The position numbers and the translations under genes were made by a program. A stretch of 64,000 nucleotides of DNA from an uncultured delta proteobacterium (GTDB lineage: Bacteria; Myxococcota_A; UBA9160; UBA4427): the NCBI GenBank assembly GCA_963822965.1, contig CAWGJT010000012.1:288001-352000 (forward strand), written 5' to 3'. Below the pieces are notes generated by a model. The model searched no databases, was not told where the DNA came from, and saw nothing but the letters and a program-made list of their open reading frames with translations. Below, piece by piece: positions 39,281 through 50,585 of this stretch (within the stretch, counting starts at the first letter, position 1; each line of letters begins with the position of its first letter).

Positions 39281-40165
39281 TCAGGCGACGCTCGACCACG
39301 CCAGGTCCACCAGCATGGCGAGGAAGAGCGAGAACAGGTAGACGAGGGAGACGCGGAACATGGCCTGGGCCGACGCGTCCGTGCGCTCTCGCAGGACCCG
39401 CACCGCCGCGCACACGAACCAGGCGTTCATCCCGAGGGCCACGACACCGTAGATGGGTCCCAGCAGGCCCAGCGCCACGGGCGCCAGGGTGACGGGAACC
39501 AGCCCGACCGTGTACCAGAGCATGCGCCAGCGGGTCGGCTGATCCCCGATCACGCTGGGCAGCATGGGGATGCCCGCGGCCTCGTAGTCGCCCTTGCGGT
39601 AGAGGGCGATGGCCCAGACGTGGGGCGGCTGCCAGAAGAAGACGACGCCGAAGAGCAGCAGACCAGCGGGGCCGATGTGACCGTTCACGGCGACGTCCGC
39701 GATGAGGGGCGCCGCGGCCCCGGCGGCCCCGCCGATGACGGCGTTCCAGGCGGAGCGCGGCTTCAGCCAGACGGTATAGACGAACACGTAGAAGAGGATG
39801 CTGGCGATCCCGACGCCGGCGGCCGGCCACCCGGCCAGCGCCCACAGCAGCAGCGCGGAGCCGACGCCGAGGGCGAGGCCAAAGACGAGGGCTGCGGAGG
39901 GCGAGATGCGCCCCGCCGGCAGCGGACGCTCGCGGGTCCGCTCCATCACGGCGTCCAGGTCGCGCTCGATGTAGGCGTTCAGGGTGTTCGCCGACGAGGC
40001 GGCGAGGGCGATCCCCAGCAAGGTGAACACCACGAACCCCAACGGCGGCCACCCGCCCGCCGCCATGCCCATCACCGGCAGACCGGTGAAGAGCACCATC
40101 GGCAGCAGCCGGGGCTTGGTGAGATCCAGATAGTTGCGCGCGGTCTGGAGAGCCGTCCCCGTCAT
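39281..40165 (-). CDS. ctaB: Protoheme IX farnesyltransferase (heme o synthase)
   Basis: LTKPR, N..IERDLD..MERT..RPLP.G, YT.WLK, FWQPPH.WAIAL, DY..AGIPMLP. Confidence 0.95.
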   Translation of the reverse strand: MTGTALQTARNYLDLTKPRLLPMVLFTGLPVMGMAAGGWPPLGFVVFTLLGIALAASSANTLNAYIERDLDAVMERTRERPLPAGRISPSAALVFGLALGVGSALLLWALAGWPAAGVGIASILFYVFVYTVWLKPRSAWNAVIGGAAGAAAPLIADVAVNGHIGPAGLLLFGVVFFWQPPHVWAIALYRKGDYEAAGIPMLPSVIGDQPTRWRMLWYTVGLVPVTLAPVALGLLGPIYGVVALGMNAWFVCAAVRVLRERTDASAQAMFRVSLVYLFSLFLAMLVDLAWSSVA

Positions 40166-40354
40166 CGCTCCGTCTCGAAGAGCCTCCCCGGCCCGCGCTC
40201 TCACGGCCCACGCCCGATCCCGGTACTGGCCCGGCAATGGAGAGGTGGCGCCCCACCAGGGGCGGGCGCCGAACGGCGCGGAGGATCGCACAGCCGGGCC
40301 CGGGGGTCGAATCCGCGGCGCGGGCTTCCGGGACTCGTTACCGTGGCTCGGCCC

Positions 40355-41248
40355 GTGGACGCCACCGAACTGGCCATCGTCCTGCTCTCGGCCCTGCTGC
40401 ACGCCGGCTGGAGCATCGCCATCAAGGGCAGCCGCGACGGACTCGCGTTCAACCTGCTGCAGACCGCGGTGGCCGCGACCGTCGGGGTGGCCCTGATCGC
40501 CTCAGTGGACCCGACGGGGCTGCCGAAGGCCCTGTGGCCGCTGGTCGCCGCGACCGCCGTCGCCCACGGCTTCTACCTGTTCTGGCTGAGCCGCGCGCTG
40601 GAAGAGGCGGACATCTCGCTCGTCTATCCCATCGCGCGCTCGACCCCCGCGTTCCTGCCCCTCTTCGCCGTGCTCTTCCTGGGCGAGAGCGTCTCCTGGC
40701 CGGGCGCCCTGGGCATCGCGACCGTCGTCGCGGGGCTGTGGCTCGCGGCGGTCGGGCCCGGCCTCGACTGGCGCGCCTTCCTGCAGCCGGGGATGGGATT
40801 CGCCTACCTCACCCTCCTGACCACCATCGGCTACGGCGTCTTCGACAAGAGCGCGATGGTGCACCTCGACCACGCCGACTGGACGAGCCCGTTGCCGCGG
40901 CCGATCTACTACTTCTTCCTCCAGTACACGGCGGGCGCCTTCGTCCACGTGCCGCTCTGCCTGTTCGCCATGGGACCCGCCGGCGCGCGGGTTCGCCTGC
41001 TGGCCGTGGCGCGCAACGAGTGGCGCAGCGTCGGCCTGGCCTTCGGGGTGGGCCTCGCAGGCTATGCGCTCATCCTGCAGGCGCTTCGCACGGCCCCCGT
41101 GAGCTACGTGGTGGCGGTGCGGCAGGCCAGCGTCTTCTTCGTGCTCGCCCTGAGCGTTCTCCAGCTGAAGGAACGACCGGGCCGCCAGCGCATCGTCGGC
41201 GCCAGCCTGACCGTGGCGGGCGTCGCCCTCATCGCCCTGGCGCCATGA
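40355..41248 (+). CDS. EamA/DMT family transporter
   Basis: SALLHAGW, DISLVYPIARS, VSYVVAVRQ.SV; about 10 TM segments. Confidence 0.88.
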   Translation: MDATELAIVLLSALLHAGWSIAIKGSRDGLAFNLLQTAVAATVGVALIASVDPTGLPKALWPLVAATAVAHGFYLFWLSRALEEADISLVYPIARSTPAFLPLFAVLFLGESVSWPGALGIATVVAGLWLAAVGPGLDWRAFLQPGMGFAYLTLLTTIGYGVFDKSAMVHLDHADWTSPLPRPIYYFFLQYTAGAFVHVPLCLFAMGPAGARVRLLAVARNEWRSVGLAFGVGLAGYALILQALRTAPVSYVVAVRQASVFFVLALSVLQLKERPGRQRIVGASLTVAGVALIALAP

Positions 41249-41976
41249 CGAGCCTGCCCACCCCCGAGATTCGTGGGCCGACGAGCCCCTCCCCTCCGCG
41301 GTCCCGAATCGCCGAGCTGGGGATCCGCCTGCTGGGGCACGCCGCCGCCCTGCTGCTGCGAGCCCTGGGCGCGACCTGGCGCGTTCGAACCGAGGGACCC
41401 GACCCCCAGGCCTCGGAGCGACCGCCCTTCGTCGCGGCGTTCTGGCACCGCAACGTGCTGATCGCCTCCCACTACTACCGGGGGCGGGGCTTCAGCGCGG
41501 CGGTGAGCCGCAGCCGGGACGGCGACCGCATCGCCGCCATGCTGTCCGCGCTGGGCTATCAGCAGCCGCCTCGCGGCTCGAGCACGCGCGGGGGCGCCGC
41601 TGCGCTGCGCGAGCTGTTCCGGCTCGTGCGCTCGGGAACCACCGTCTCGATCCAGCCCGACGGACCCCAGGGCCCGGCCCGGATCTCGAAGATCGGGATC
41701 GTCAACCTCTCGCGGCTCACGCGCCGCCCCATCACACCCGTGGGCTTCTCGGCCGCCCCGTGCCTGCGCTTCCGCAGCTGGGACGGCACCCTGCTGCCGC
41801 TTCCCTTCGCCCGGGTGGTCTGCCGCTACGGCGAGGCCATCGCCGTGCCGCCCGACGCGGACGACGTCCTGGAGGAACGCATCCGGCAGGATCTCGATGC
41901 GGCCCTCGACGGCCTCACGGACGAGCTCGACGCACGACTCGGTCGTCCCCCGGACGACCGGCGACGCCAGCCCTGA
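41245..41976 (+). CDS. DUF374 / lysophospholipid acyltransferase family protein
   Basis: AFWH, SRSRDGD, RGSSTRGG, PDGPQGP, SWD...LPLPF. Confidence 0.88.
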   Translation: MTSLPTPEIRGPTSPSPPRSRIAELGIRLLGHAAALLLRALGATWRVRTEGPDPQASERPPFVAAFWHRNVLIASHYYRGRGFSAAVSRSRDGDRIAAMLSALGYQQPPRGSSTRGGAAALRELFRLVRSGTTVSIQPDGPQGPARISKIGIVNLSRLTRRPITPVGFSAAPCLRFRSWDGTLLPLPFARVVCRYGEAIAVPPDADDVLEERIRQDLDAALDGLTDELDARLGRPPDDRRRQP

Positions 41977-41999
41977 TCCGGATCGCAGATGGCGTCACG

Positions 42000-44390
42000 T
42001 CAGGCGGACGCCGTCAGGATCGGTTCGACGATCTTGCGTAGCCAGCCGCCGACGTCCGGGTGGTCGAGCAGACCGGCGTCCCGGAGCCGTCGTGCCGCGA
42101 TCGCGCGAACCTCCTCGACGGACGCGACCGCCAGGGAGCGGCGCGCGTCCTCGGCGACGTCGCCCGCGTCCACGGCCCGCACGATCTCCTTCACGAGCGG
42201 CACCTGGCTCGGCGTCCCCGAGAGCTCGCCCACCCCGAGCCCGATGAGCAGGGGCACCGCCAGCGGATTGGTCGCCATCTCGCCGCACACCGAGACCGGG
42301 ATGCGGGCGCGCCGCGCCGCCTCGACCGAGCGCGCGATCAGGTTGAGCACCGCCGGATGCATCGGGATCGTAGAGGTGCGCGACCCGCTCGTTGCCCCGA
42401 TCGACGGCCAGGGTGTACTGGGTGAGGTCGTTGGTTCCGATGCTGAAGAAGTCGCACTCGGCGGCCAGCGCGTCGGCGCAGATCGCGGCGGAAGGCACCT
42501 CGATCATCATGCCGACGGGCATCTTCTCGTCGAAGTCGACGCCCGGTTTCGCGGAGTTGCTCCTGCACGTGCACCAGCGCGGAACGCGCCTCGCGCAGCT
42601 CGCCGATCGCGGAGATCATGGGGAGGAGCAGTCGCACGTTCCGCGCGGCGCTGGCGCGCAGGATCGCCCGGAGCTGGGCGTGGAAGGCGCGACGGTTCTC
42701 GAGGGTGAGACGGATCGACCGGCAGCCGAGCTGCGGGTTGTCCTCGTGACCGAGCCCGATGTTCGGGATGCCCTTGTCGCCGCCGAGGTCCAGGGTGCGG
42801 ATGGTCACCGGACGCGACCCCATCAGCTCGGTCACCCGGCGGTAGAGCTGGTTCTGCTCCTCCTCGCTCGGGAAGCCGCGATGGGCGATGGCGAGCAGCT
42901 CCGTGCGGAAGAGCCCGACGCCTTCGGCGCCGTGCTGCTCGACGAGACGCAGGTCGTTCAGCAGCCCGACGTTCGCCGAGAGCACCACCCGGCGGCCGTC
43001 GCGGGTCTCGGCCGGCCGCTCCCGCATGGCGTCGAGGTGCTGGACCGAGTCGGCGTACTCCTCGCGGGCGCGCTGGTACTCGGCCAGCAGGGGCTCGTCG
43101 GGCGCCAGGTAGAGCTTGCCGCTGCCGCCGTCGACGATCGCCAGATCGCCCGTCCGGGCCTCGCGCTGCACGCCCGTCACGCCGGTCACCGCGGGGATCT
43201 CGAGGGTGCGAGCGAAGATCGCGCCGTGGGAGGTCGAGCCGCCGTGCTCCGAGACGATGGCCGCCACCGCGTCCATCTCGAGCGTTCGCGAACAGCTCGG
43301 GGTACACCTGGTCGACGACCACCACCGAGCCCGGCTCCATCGGACTGGACGTGCCGCCGCACGCCCAGCAGCTTCTCCATCACCCGCTTGCCCACGTCCT
43401 CGACGTCGGTGCCGCGCTCGCGGAAGTAGGGATCCTCGATGCGCTCGAACGTGCTCCGGTAGGCGTCGAGCACGCCGCGCAGGGAGAGCAGCGCGTTGCC
43501 CGACGACTCGACCCCGTGCTCGAGCTTGCTCACGAAGCCGTGGTCCTCGAGGATCTGGATCTGCGTGTGGAAGACGGCCTCGAACTCCGGACCGAAGCGC
43601 TCGCCCACCACCTCGCGCATGCCGTCGATCTCGCGACGCGCCTCGGCCAGCGCCTCGCGCAGCTCGCGCTTCTCGAGGGAAGGGTCCTCGCGCGGCGTGT
43701 ACTCCAGCCGCTCCAGATCGAGCGGGTTCTCGAGACGGTAGATGGGGCCGATCGCGATGCCCCGCGACGTCGGGATCCCGCTCATCTCGATGTTCTGCTC
43801 CGAGCGGGGCGCGATCTGGGCCTGCATGATGCCCTGGTGCACAATCTGCGTGACGCTCTCGACTCGCGACACCTCGCTGTCGCCGGCGAGGGCGAGCAGC
43901 TGCGCGTTGGTCACCACGGGCGCGAGCAGCTGCGCGCAGGTCTGCAGCAGGCCCACGTCGGTCGAGTCGAAGTGGCGGGACTCGATGGTCTGGATCACGA
44001 GCACGCCGATGGTCACGCCCTGCACGATCAGGGGCGCCGCCAGCAGGGACTCGTAGCGCTCCTCGCCCGTCTCGGGGAAGTAGCGGTAGTGCGGGTCGCG
44101 GCTGGCGTGCTCGGTGGCGACCGTCTCGCCCCGCTGGGCGGCCAGGCCCACGAGGCCCTCGCCGAAGTTCAGGGTCACCTTGCGCACGGAGCGCACGTCC
44201 AGGCCCCGGGTGGCGCGCAGGGTCAGGCGCTTCATGTCCGTCCCGGTGAGGTAGATCGAGCAGACGTCCGCATCGAGACGCTTGGCCACGTGATCGATCA
44301 CGTTGGCCAGGGTTTCTTCGAGGTCGTGGGATCGCGAGACGATCTCCGCGACGTCTGCGAGTAGGGCGATCCGGTCGGGAATGGCGACCT
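42000..44390 (-). pseudogene. ptsP: GAF-domain PEP-protein phosphotransferase (EI-Ntr) with 4 apparent +1 frameshifts (probably assembly artefacts); start unresolved
   Basis: GAF domain, GGSTSHGAI active His, [36 protein letters not shown]; frame breaks near 43341, 43286, 42544, 42363. Confidence 0.88.
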
Positions 44391-44578
44391 CCGCTTGCGA
44401 GACGGGCCGCCCAGTGTAGCAACATGGCGTCCGACCGAGCCTTCCGCGGGAACGCGGCGAGGGTCGGAACCGTCCGAGTGTCTGCGGAGACCCGCTGACG
44501 GTTCCTGCGGGCAGGAGCCCGGGACCCGAGGCGGCCCGGGCGTGGGTCGACCCCGTGGCGGTGCTCGCGTCGCTGGAT

Positions 44579-44839
44579 CTAGTGGCTGAAGGAGGGGAAG
44601 TGCGGCAGTGGGCGCTTGGGCGGGAAGACGAGATCCTTGTCCTCGAAGCGGAGTCCGAGCGCCAGCAGGATCTTGCGCTTGGTGTCCATGCGACAGTTCA
44701 TGCCCTTCTCGACGCTGTGGATCGTTCGCAGGGCCACCTTCGCCTTGCGGGCCAGCTGGGCCTGCGTCATGAGCTTGTTCTCGCGCAGCTCGCGAACCCG
44801 GTTTCCGTTCGCGGGTTGATCCATCAGCTCTGCCATCAT
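44579..44839 (-). CDS. Small XRE-family helix-turn-helix regulator
   Basis: NRVRELRE...MTQAQLARKA.V..RTI..VEKG; GGGAG RBS. Confidence 0.85.
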   Translation of the reverse strand: MMAELMDQPANGNRVRELRENKLMTQAQLARKAKVALRTIHSVEKGMNCRMDTKRKILLALGLRFEDKDLVFPPKRPLPHFPSFSH

Positions 44840-45105
44840 CTCGCTCCCTTGCTGCCGGGGGCGCTCACCGAGCCCCATCTGGACACGCAAGCCATTTCGA
44901 CCGTACAAGGGATTTCTTGAGAGAAAATCATGCGTTGGAGGCTCGGAGGCTCTTCCGGATGCAGCCTGTGCGCAGCTTTCGACAAGCGCAGCAAGCGACC
45001 CGGGATGTCGCGACGAGTCGCGCGCGAATGACCCTTCTCGGAAGCTCAATTAGGGTTCGCGAAGCGGCAGCCCGCGCGCCGATGGGGATGTCCTAGGAGG
45101 ACCTT

Positions 45106-47970
45106 GTGAGACGCCTCGCCATCGGGCTCGCTGCGGGAATCGTGCTGGGCGCAATCGCCTTCGGGGCCGGCTACGCCCTGTCGTCCGGTCCGGGGCGCGA
45201 CTTCCTCCGCGCCCAGGTCGAGAGCGGGCTCTCCGACCTGCTCCGGGGGGACGTCCAGGTCGAGGAGGTGCACGTCGTGGTCCGAGACGGGCTCGGCCTC
45301 CGCGGCAGCGGCGTGCGCGTGTACCCCGGTGACGATGGGCCCGGAATCTTCGCGGAGCACGCGAGCATCGAGCTCAACGTGGCCGCACTGCTGGTGGGCG
45401 AGCTCTCCCTGTCGTCCCTCGTCGTGGATGGGCTACGGGTCCGGGCGACGCTCCAGCCCGACGGCAGCTGGACCTTCCCGCCGCTCCAGTGGCTGCAGAA
45501 TCGGACGCCGGCAACGGATTCGAAGGCGACACCGCCCCTCGGCCTGCGGGTGCTGGCGGGCACCGAGCGGGCCGGGCGCTTCCTGCTGGAGGAGAAGCGG
45601 ATCGCGTCCCGCATCGAGATCCGGGACGCCGACGTCCTCTTCGAGGATCGCTCGGTGACCGCGGACTCGGGCATGCCCCTGCAGCGCTTCGCGATGCACG
45701 GGATCGACGCCGACCTCTCCCGGCCCTGGCTGTCGGACGACGCCCACTTCAGCCTGGCCGGGACGCTGACGGACCGCGACGCGCGCGAGGTCCACGCGGA
45801 GTGGACGGGCTCCGTACGGGAAGGCGAGGTGAACCTCGCCCTCGTCGCCGACGACGTCGATCTCGACGCCTTCGACGCCTACGTGAAGCGCCTGTCGCCC
45901 AAGGCGGACATCGAGGGCTCCCTGTCGGGATCGATCCGGCTCGCGACCGCGGAGCCCGGCTTCGAGAACGTGATCGTGGACCTCGCGCTGCACCGGGTGG
46001 TCCCCACGATCGTCGTCGACGACCGGCCCATGCGGCTGGATCTACCGTTCACACACCTCTCCACCCGCGTCGAGATCGAGCCCGACGCGGCCCGGCTCGT
46101 CGACTCCCGGGTCAGCGGGCCTCCGGTCGAGGTCGACTTCGGCGGCACGATCGAGCGCCCCGTGACGGACGACGCGAAGGCCCACTTCGAGGTCTCCATG
46201 CAGGGCCTCTCGGTGGAGTACGCGACACCTGTCATCGCCCAGCTCCCGGAGGAGACCGCGCGCGAGATCTTCGAGTGGTTCGACCGCATCGAATCCGGCC
46301 GGGTGGACCGCCTGGCGCTCAGCGGAACCGCCGGCCTCTCGGCCTGGACCGCGCTCGCGGAAGGCCAGCTCACCCGACTGCCACCGAACTTCCTGATGAG
46401 CCTCGCGGTCTCGGACGTCACGGCGCGCCTGGACGAGAACGATCGCGTGGTCGGAGGCAGCTTCCAGGCGGACTGGGCCGAGGATCGGCTGGAGCTTCGC
46501 CATGGACGGGGGAGCTGGCGTGGCGAGAGCCTGCCGGAGATGCAGCTGACCGTGGAGGGCGTCTCGCGCTTCGTCGGCATGCGGGCCAGCCAGCGCGCCT
46601 CGAACGCCCTGCCCACCCCGGGGCTCCCCCTGGTCTGGGACCTGCTGGCCCGCGACAAGGAGCCCGAAGAGGCGGCGGGCGGCACGAGCTTCCTCGTCGA
46701 CGTCGACTATCTCGATCACCCCATCGTGCGCTGGCCGGTGGAGGACGCCCACCTGATCGTCCGCCCCACGGCCTACGGCACCGAGTCCCTGGTGACCCGG
46801 GGCCGCTGGGGCGGCGTCCCCGTGACGGCCCACATTGCGTACGTCTTCCAGCCGGCGCCGCTGCTGACCGTGGGGCTCGAGGCGACGGACGCGGAGCCTG
46901 CGGAGTCCGAAGCCGCCGAGACGCCCCCGGCACGAGCACCGCATTCGGCAGCGGACTGGGGTCGCGGCCGCTTCCGACTCGAGCCCACGCGGCCGGGAGA
47001 GAGCCCGGAGGACGAGCTCCTCTCCCGCATGAGCGGCGACTTCGTACTCGCGGGAAGCGAGGTGCGGCTCTCCGACGTGAAGGTGACGCTCTCGTCCTCC
47101 ACCACGGTCGCGACGACCGCCACCGTCGATCTCGGCGACGCCGAGAGCCTCGGCGTCCGGGTCCAGGGGCACGTCCAGGGCGCCAGCTGCAGCGAGCTCG
47201 CCGGCGTCGCGGGCTTTCCCGAGGGCTTCATCACGGGCCACGTAGACGTGGACCTCGACCTGCGCGGCGACATCGACCCGAGCCGCAATCCGTGGGCCGG
47301 CCTGGCGGGGACGGTCACGGGCACGGCCACCGACGGCGAGATCCGTCAGAGCGTCCCGCTGGCCGTCGCCATGGCCGCGGCCACCGACGGCTTCAACCCC
47401 TTCGCGAAGCGCGAGGCACTCGCCTACGACAAGATCCGAGCCGACCTCCGCATCGAGGACGGAAGCCTGACCGCCGAGCGCTTCGAGCTCGAAGGCCCGG
47501 TCCGCATCTATGCGACCGGCAGCCTCGTGTTCGCGAATCCCCCCTACGAGATCGACGCAGTGGTGGGCGTGTTCCTGCTGCAACGGATCCGGGAGCTCTT
47601 GGGTAAGCTCCCCCTCGTGAATCTCGTCCTGCCGGGATCCAAGAAGGGCTTCGTCGGCGCCTACTTCAGCGTTCGGGGCCCCTGGGAGGAGCCGCAGGTC
47701 ACCACCATGGCGATGAAGTCCCTGAAGGAGGAGCTTCCGGATCTCATCACCAAGCCCTTCGACCTGATCCACTCCCTCTGGAGCGAGCAGGAGAGCGACA
47801 AGCAGCAGCGAAAGCTGGAGAAGCGCGCGGCCAGGCAGCAGGAGCGGGACGAGAAGGCGCAGGCCGAGAAGAACGAGCCGCCCCCGGCGCCGGACGCCGA
47901 CGGGGGATCCGGCGCGAACGCCCCCGCCGCCGAGGCTCCGCCCTCGACGGGCCGGACGGTCGCGCAGTGA
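45106..47970 (+). CDS. AsmA-like (YhdP/DUF3971-type) envelope protein
   Basis: N-terminal TM anchor, long beta-rich body, C-terminal LGKLPLVN....[22 protein letters not shown]. Confidence 0.78.
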   Translation: MRRLAIGLAAGIVLGAIAFGAGYALSSGPGRDFLRAQVESGLSDLLRGDVQVEEVHVVVRDGLGLRGSGVRVYPGDDGPGIFAEHASIELNVAALLVGELSLSSLVVDGLRVRATLQPDGSWTFPPLQWLQNRTPATDSKATPPLGLRVLAGTERAGRFLLEEKRIASRIEIRDADVLFEDRSVTADSGMPLQRFAMHGIDADLSRPWLSDDAHFSLAGTLTDRDAREVHAEWTGSVREGEVNLALVADDVDLDAFDAYVKRLSPKADIEGSLSGSIRLATAEPGFENVIVDLALHRVVPTIVVDDRPMRLDLPFTHLSTRVEIEPDAARLVDSRVSGPPVEVDFGGTIERPVTDDAKAHFEVSMQGLSVEYATPVIAQLPEETAREIFEWFDRIESGRVDRLALSGTAGLSAWTALAEGQLTRLPPNFLMSLAVSDVTARLDENDRVVGGSFQADWAEDRLELRHGRGSWRGESLPEMQLTVEGVSRFVGMRASQRASNALPTPGLPLVWDLLARDKEPEEAAGGTSFLVDVDYLDHPIVRWPVEDAHLIVRPTAYGTESLVTRGRWGGVPVTAHIAYVFQPAPLLTVGLEATDAEPAESEAAETPPARAPHSAADWGRGRFRLEPTRPGESPEDELLSRMSGDFVLAGSEVRLSDVKVTLSSSTTVATTATVDLGDAESLGVRVQGHVQGASCSELAGVAGFPEGFITGHVDVDLDLRGDIDPSRNPWAGLAGTVTGTATDGEIRQSVPLAVAMAAATDGFNPFAKREALAYDKIRADLRIEDGSLTAERFELEGPVRIYATGSLVFANPPYEIDAVVGVFLLQRIRELLGKLPLVNLVLPGSKKGFVGAYFSVRGPWEEPQVTTMAMKSLKEELPDLITKPFDLIHSLWSEQESDKQQRKLEKRAARQQERDEKAQAEKNEPPPAPDADGGSGANAPAAEAPPSTGRTVAQ

Positions 47971-48485
47971 GGGACGGAGAGCCGGCACGCAAGCGGGTGC
48001 TGAGCCAACGCGAAGCCGTGCGGCAGGTTCGCGCCGCCCAGCGCCGGGGCGAGCGCGTCGTCTTCACGAACGGCTGCTTCGACCTGCTGCACGTCGGACA
48101 CGTCCGCAGCCTCGAGCAGGCCCGCGGCCTCGGCGACCGGCTGATCGTCGCCGTGAACAGCGACGCGAGCGTGCGCGGCCTGAAGGGTCCCGGGCGTCCG
48201 ATCGTCCCCGCACGCCAGCGCATGGAGATCCTGGCCGCGCTGGCGTGCGTCGACTGGGTGGTTCCGTTTGGCGGCAGCACGCCTCGGGCGGTGATCCGCG
48301 CGCTGCGGCCCGACGTTCTCGCCAAGGGAGGCGACTGGGCCCTGGACGAGATCGTCGGGCGCGACGACGTGGAAAGCTGGGGCGGGCGCGTGGTGCGGCT
48401 GCGGGAGGTTCCCGGCGTGAGGACCACCCGGCTCCTCGCACGGACGCAGCTCAGGGGGAGGTCGGATCGGTCCCACCGCGGGTGA
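47967..48485 (+). CDS. rfaE2: D-glycero-beta-D-manno-heptose 1-phosphate adenylyltransferase
   Basis: [35 protein letters not shown]. Confidence 0.93.
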   Translation: MRDGEPARKRVLSQREAVRQVRAAQRRGERVVFTNGCFDLLHVGHVRSLEQARGLGDRLIVAVNSDASVRGLKGPGRPIVPARQRMEILAALACVDWVVPFGGSTPRAVIRALRPDVLAKGGDWALDEIVGRDDVESWGGRVVRLREVPGVRTTRLLARTQLRGRSDRSHRG

Positions 48486-49104
48486 CAGGGGCGGCGGGAG
48501 CGGCAGAGTCGACGGCGGCAGAAGCGGCGGAGTCGACGGCCGCCCGGGCGGTGAAGTCGACGGCGGCGAGGGCTGCGAGCTCGTCGGCGGCGAGGACGGA
48601 CGTCTCGACCCGCGCGAGCAGCGCGGCCCAGCTCTCGTCGCCCGCCTCCAGGCACGCCCGCGCCGCGGCGAGCACCGGCACCCGCCGCAGCATCGCGCAG
48701 GCGGGCGCCCCGAGCGCGTCGGCAGGGGGCGGGCCGGTGTCGGGCGGGTCGGCGCCCGGCGGAGCCGCGACCACCGCGTCGCTCTCCGGCCACGCGGTCA
48801 GCGCGAGCAGCAGCGCCGGGGAGGGTGCCGACGTCGCCGCCTCCACCACCAGCACGCGCTCCGCGGAGATGCCGGCGAGCGCCGCCGCGAGGCGGTCCAC
48901 CGGCGATCCCCCCGGCCCTTCGACCGGACGCGCCGGCGGCACGGCAGCGGCGCCCACCACCCAGACCTCGTCGCACAGGCGCAACAGCAGCCGGCCGAGG
49001 CCCTCGACCCGCTCGGCCGGTGCGCCGGAGGGACAGGACACGAGGCCCGACACATTGGAGAGTCGACCTTCGACGCCCCGGGGTCCGCCCTCCCGCTCAG
49101 TCAC
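48451..49104 (-). CDS. Degenerate MobA-like (NTP-transferase) protein
   Basis: Directly downstream of moe[15 protein letters not shown] and P.CAMLRR segments resemble MobA, but the N-terminal GxSxRMG loop is absent. Confidence 0.45.
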   Translation of the reverse strand: MTEREGGPRGVEGRLSNVSGLVSCPSGAPAERVEGLGRLLLRLCDEVWVVGAAAVPPARPVEGPGGSPVDRLAAALAGISAERVLVVEAATSAPSPALLLALTAWPESDAVVAAPPGADPPDTGPPPADALGAPACAMLRRVPVLAAARACLEAGDESWAALLARVETSVLAADELAALAAVDFTARAAVDSAASAAVDSAAPAAPVTRGGTDPTSP

Positions 49105-49122
49105 GTGCTCGGGGCTCCACCA

Positions 49123-50394
49123 TCAGAATCCCGCGTCGTCACCGCCGAGGACTTCCTCGTCGAGCACCTGCACGACGACCGACGCGCCGGCTTCGAGGTG
49201 CGTCTCTTCGGCCGGGAAGACCAGCAGGCCCTGGGCGGCCACCAGGGAGGTGAGCACGCCCGAGCTCTGGTTGCCGGTGCTGGAGGCGACGAGGATGCCG
49301 TCCGCGCCTCGCGCGAGGGTCACACGCACGAAGTGGAGGCGACCCGCCTGCTTGCGGAGCGTCTCGGCCAGACGGGCGCGCACGGTGGGCAGGAACCAGC
49401 TGCGGTAGCCCATCATCTTGCGCAGCGCGGGCCGCACGAACTGCTCGAACGTCACCGCCGCCGAGACCGGGTTGCCGGGCAGCCCGAAGACCAGCGGCCG
49501 GCGATCGGCGGGGTCGTCCCCGAAGCCTCCGAAGGCCAGCGGATAGCCGGGCTTCATCTTCACCCCCCAGAAGTCCAACCGGCACCCGAGCTTCTCGAGC
49601 ACGGGGCGCACGTGATCGTGATCGCCGACGGAGACACCGGCCGAGCTGACGATGCAGTCGGCGCGCAACCCGGCGCGCAGATGCATCTCGATGTCGTCGG
49701 GATCGTCGCGAGCGATCCCCAGGTACACGGGCTCGGCGCCGATGGCGCGACACAGGGCCGCCAGCGTGTAGGAGTTCGACGAGACGATGCGGCCACCGGC
49801 CGGATCCCGGTCGGGCTCCACGAGCTCGTCGCCCCCCGACAGGATGGCGACCCGCGGCTGCTGGTGGACCGCGACGACGCTGCGCCCCAGGCTCGCGAGC
49901 AGGCCCAGGTGTGCCGCCCGCAGGGTCGTGCCGGCCTCCAGCACCCGGTCGCCCGCGCGCAGGTCCTCGCCGGCGTCACGTACGTGCTCCCGGGGCGCGG
50001 GCACGACCCGGAAGCGGACGCCTCCGGCCCCGTCCGGCTCGGTGTCCTCCTGACGAACCACCGCGTCGGCGCCGGCCGGGACCGGCGCGCCCGTGAAGAT
50101 CCGGGCCGATTCGCCGGCGCCCAGGGAGCGGCCGGGCCGGTCGCCGGCGGCCACCGAGAACGCGACGGGCAGCACCACGGGACGGTCCGCCGAGGCGCCC
50201 GCCAGATCCAGCCGGCGGACCGCATATCCGTCCATGGCCGAGCAGTCGGCCGGCGGCAGGGTGCGGTCCGAATCCACCGCCTCCGCGAGCACCCGGCCGT
50301 GGGCGTCGCGGGTCGCGACGGTCTCGGCGCCCAGGACCGGAGTGGCCTGGAGAATGGCCTCCCGGGCCTCCGAGACGCTCAATCCCGTGCGCAT
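49123..50394 (-). CDS. moeA: Molybdopterin molybdotransferase
   Basis: SAMDGYAV, RIFTGAPVP.GADAVV.QE, GDELV, GVSVGD.D, KPG.P, FGLPGNPVS. Confidence 0.95.
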   Translation of the reverse strand: MRTGLSVSEAREAILQATPVLGAETVATRDAHGRVLAEAVDSDRTLPPADCSAMDGYAVRRLDLAGASADRPVVLPVAFSVAAGDRPGRSLGAGESARIFTGAPVPAGADAVVRQEDTEPDGAGGVRFRVVPAPREHVRDAGEDLRAGDRVLEAGTTLRAAHLGLLASLGRSVVAVHQQPRVAILSGGDELVEPDRDPAGGRIVSSNSYTLAALCRAIGAEPVYLGIARDDPDDIEMHLRAGLRADCIVSSAGVSVGDHDHVRPVLEKLGCRLDFWGVKMKPGYPLAFGGFGDDPADRRPLVFGLPGNPVSAAVTFEQFVRPALRKMMGYRSWFLPTVRARLAETLRKQAGRLHFVRVTLARGADGILVASSTGNQSSGVLTSLVAAQGLLVFPAEETHLEAGASVVVQVLDEEVLGGDDAGF

Positions 50395-50473
50395 GGCGGC
50401 GAAACGTACCGCAGTCCCGCCCTCCCGCGCGGCCGCTCCAGCGCGTTGGCGGCCCCTCCCGGGCCCGCTAGAG

Positions 50474-50490
50474 TGCCTATTTTCTGGGCA
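50474..50490. promoter_or_regulatory. Candidate NtrC-type binding site TGCC-TATTTTCTG-GGCA
   Basis: 17-bp TGC-N11-GCA dyad with an AT-rich centre, upstream of the ntrBC-like operon. Confidence 0.5.
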
Positions 50491-50585
50491 TTTCCACCTT
50501 CCGGGCCCCCGACCACACCCGGGCTTCCTTCGCGACGACGCCGCGCCACATCCCGCGCGCCCACCCTCGCCCGGAGCGACCGACC

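Noticed and set aside
42000..44390. ptsP as a genuine pseudogene or programmed frameshift target
   Set aside because: No slippery sequences at the breaks, no stops in the repaired frame, intact motifs, and all indels are at synonymous positions.
44840..45105. Lower-GC stretch as a foreign insertion or RNA gene
   Set aside because: It is a divergent promoter region between the XRE and AsmA-like genes; no tRNA-like fold or flanking repeats seen.
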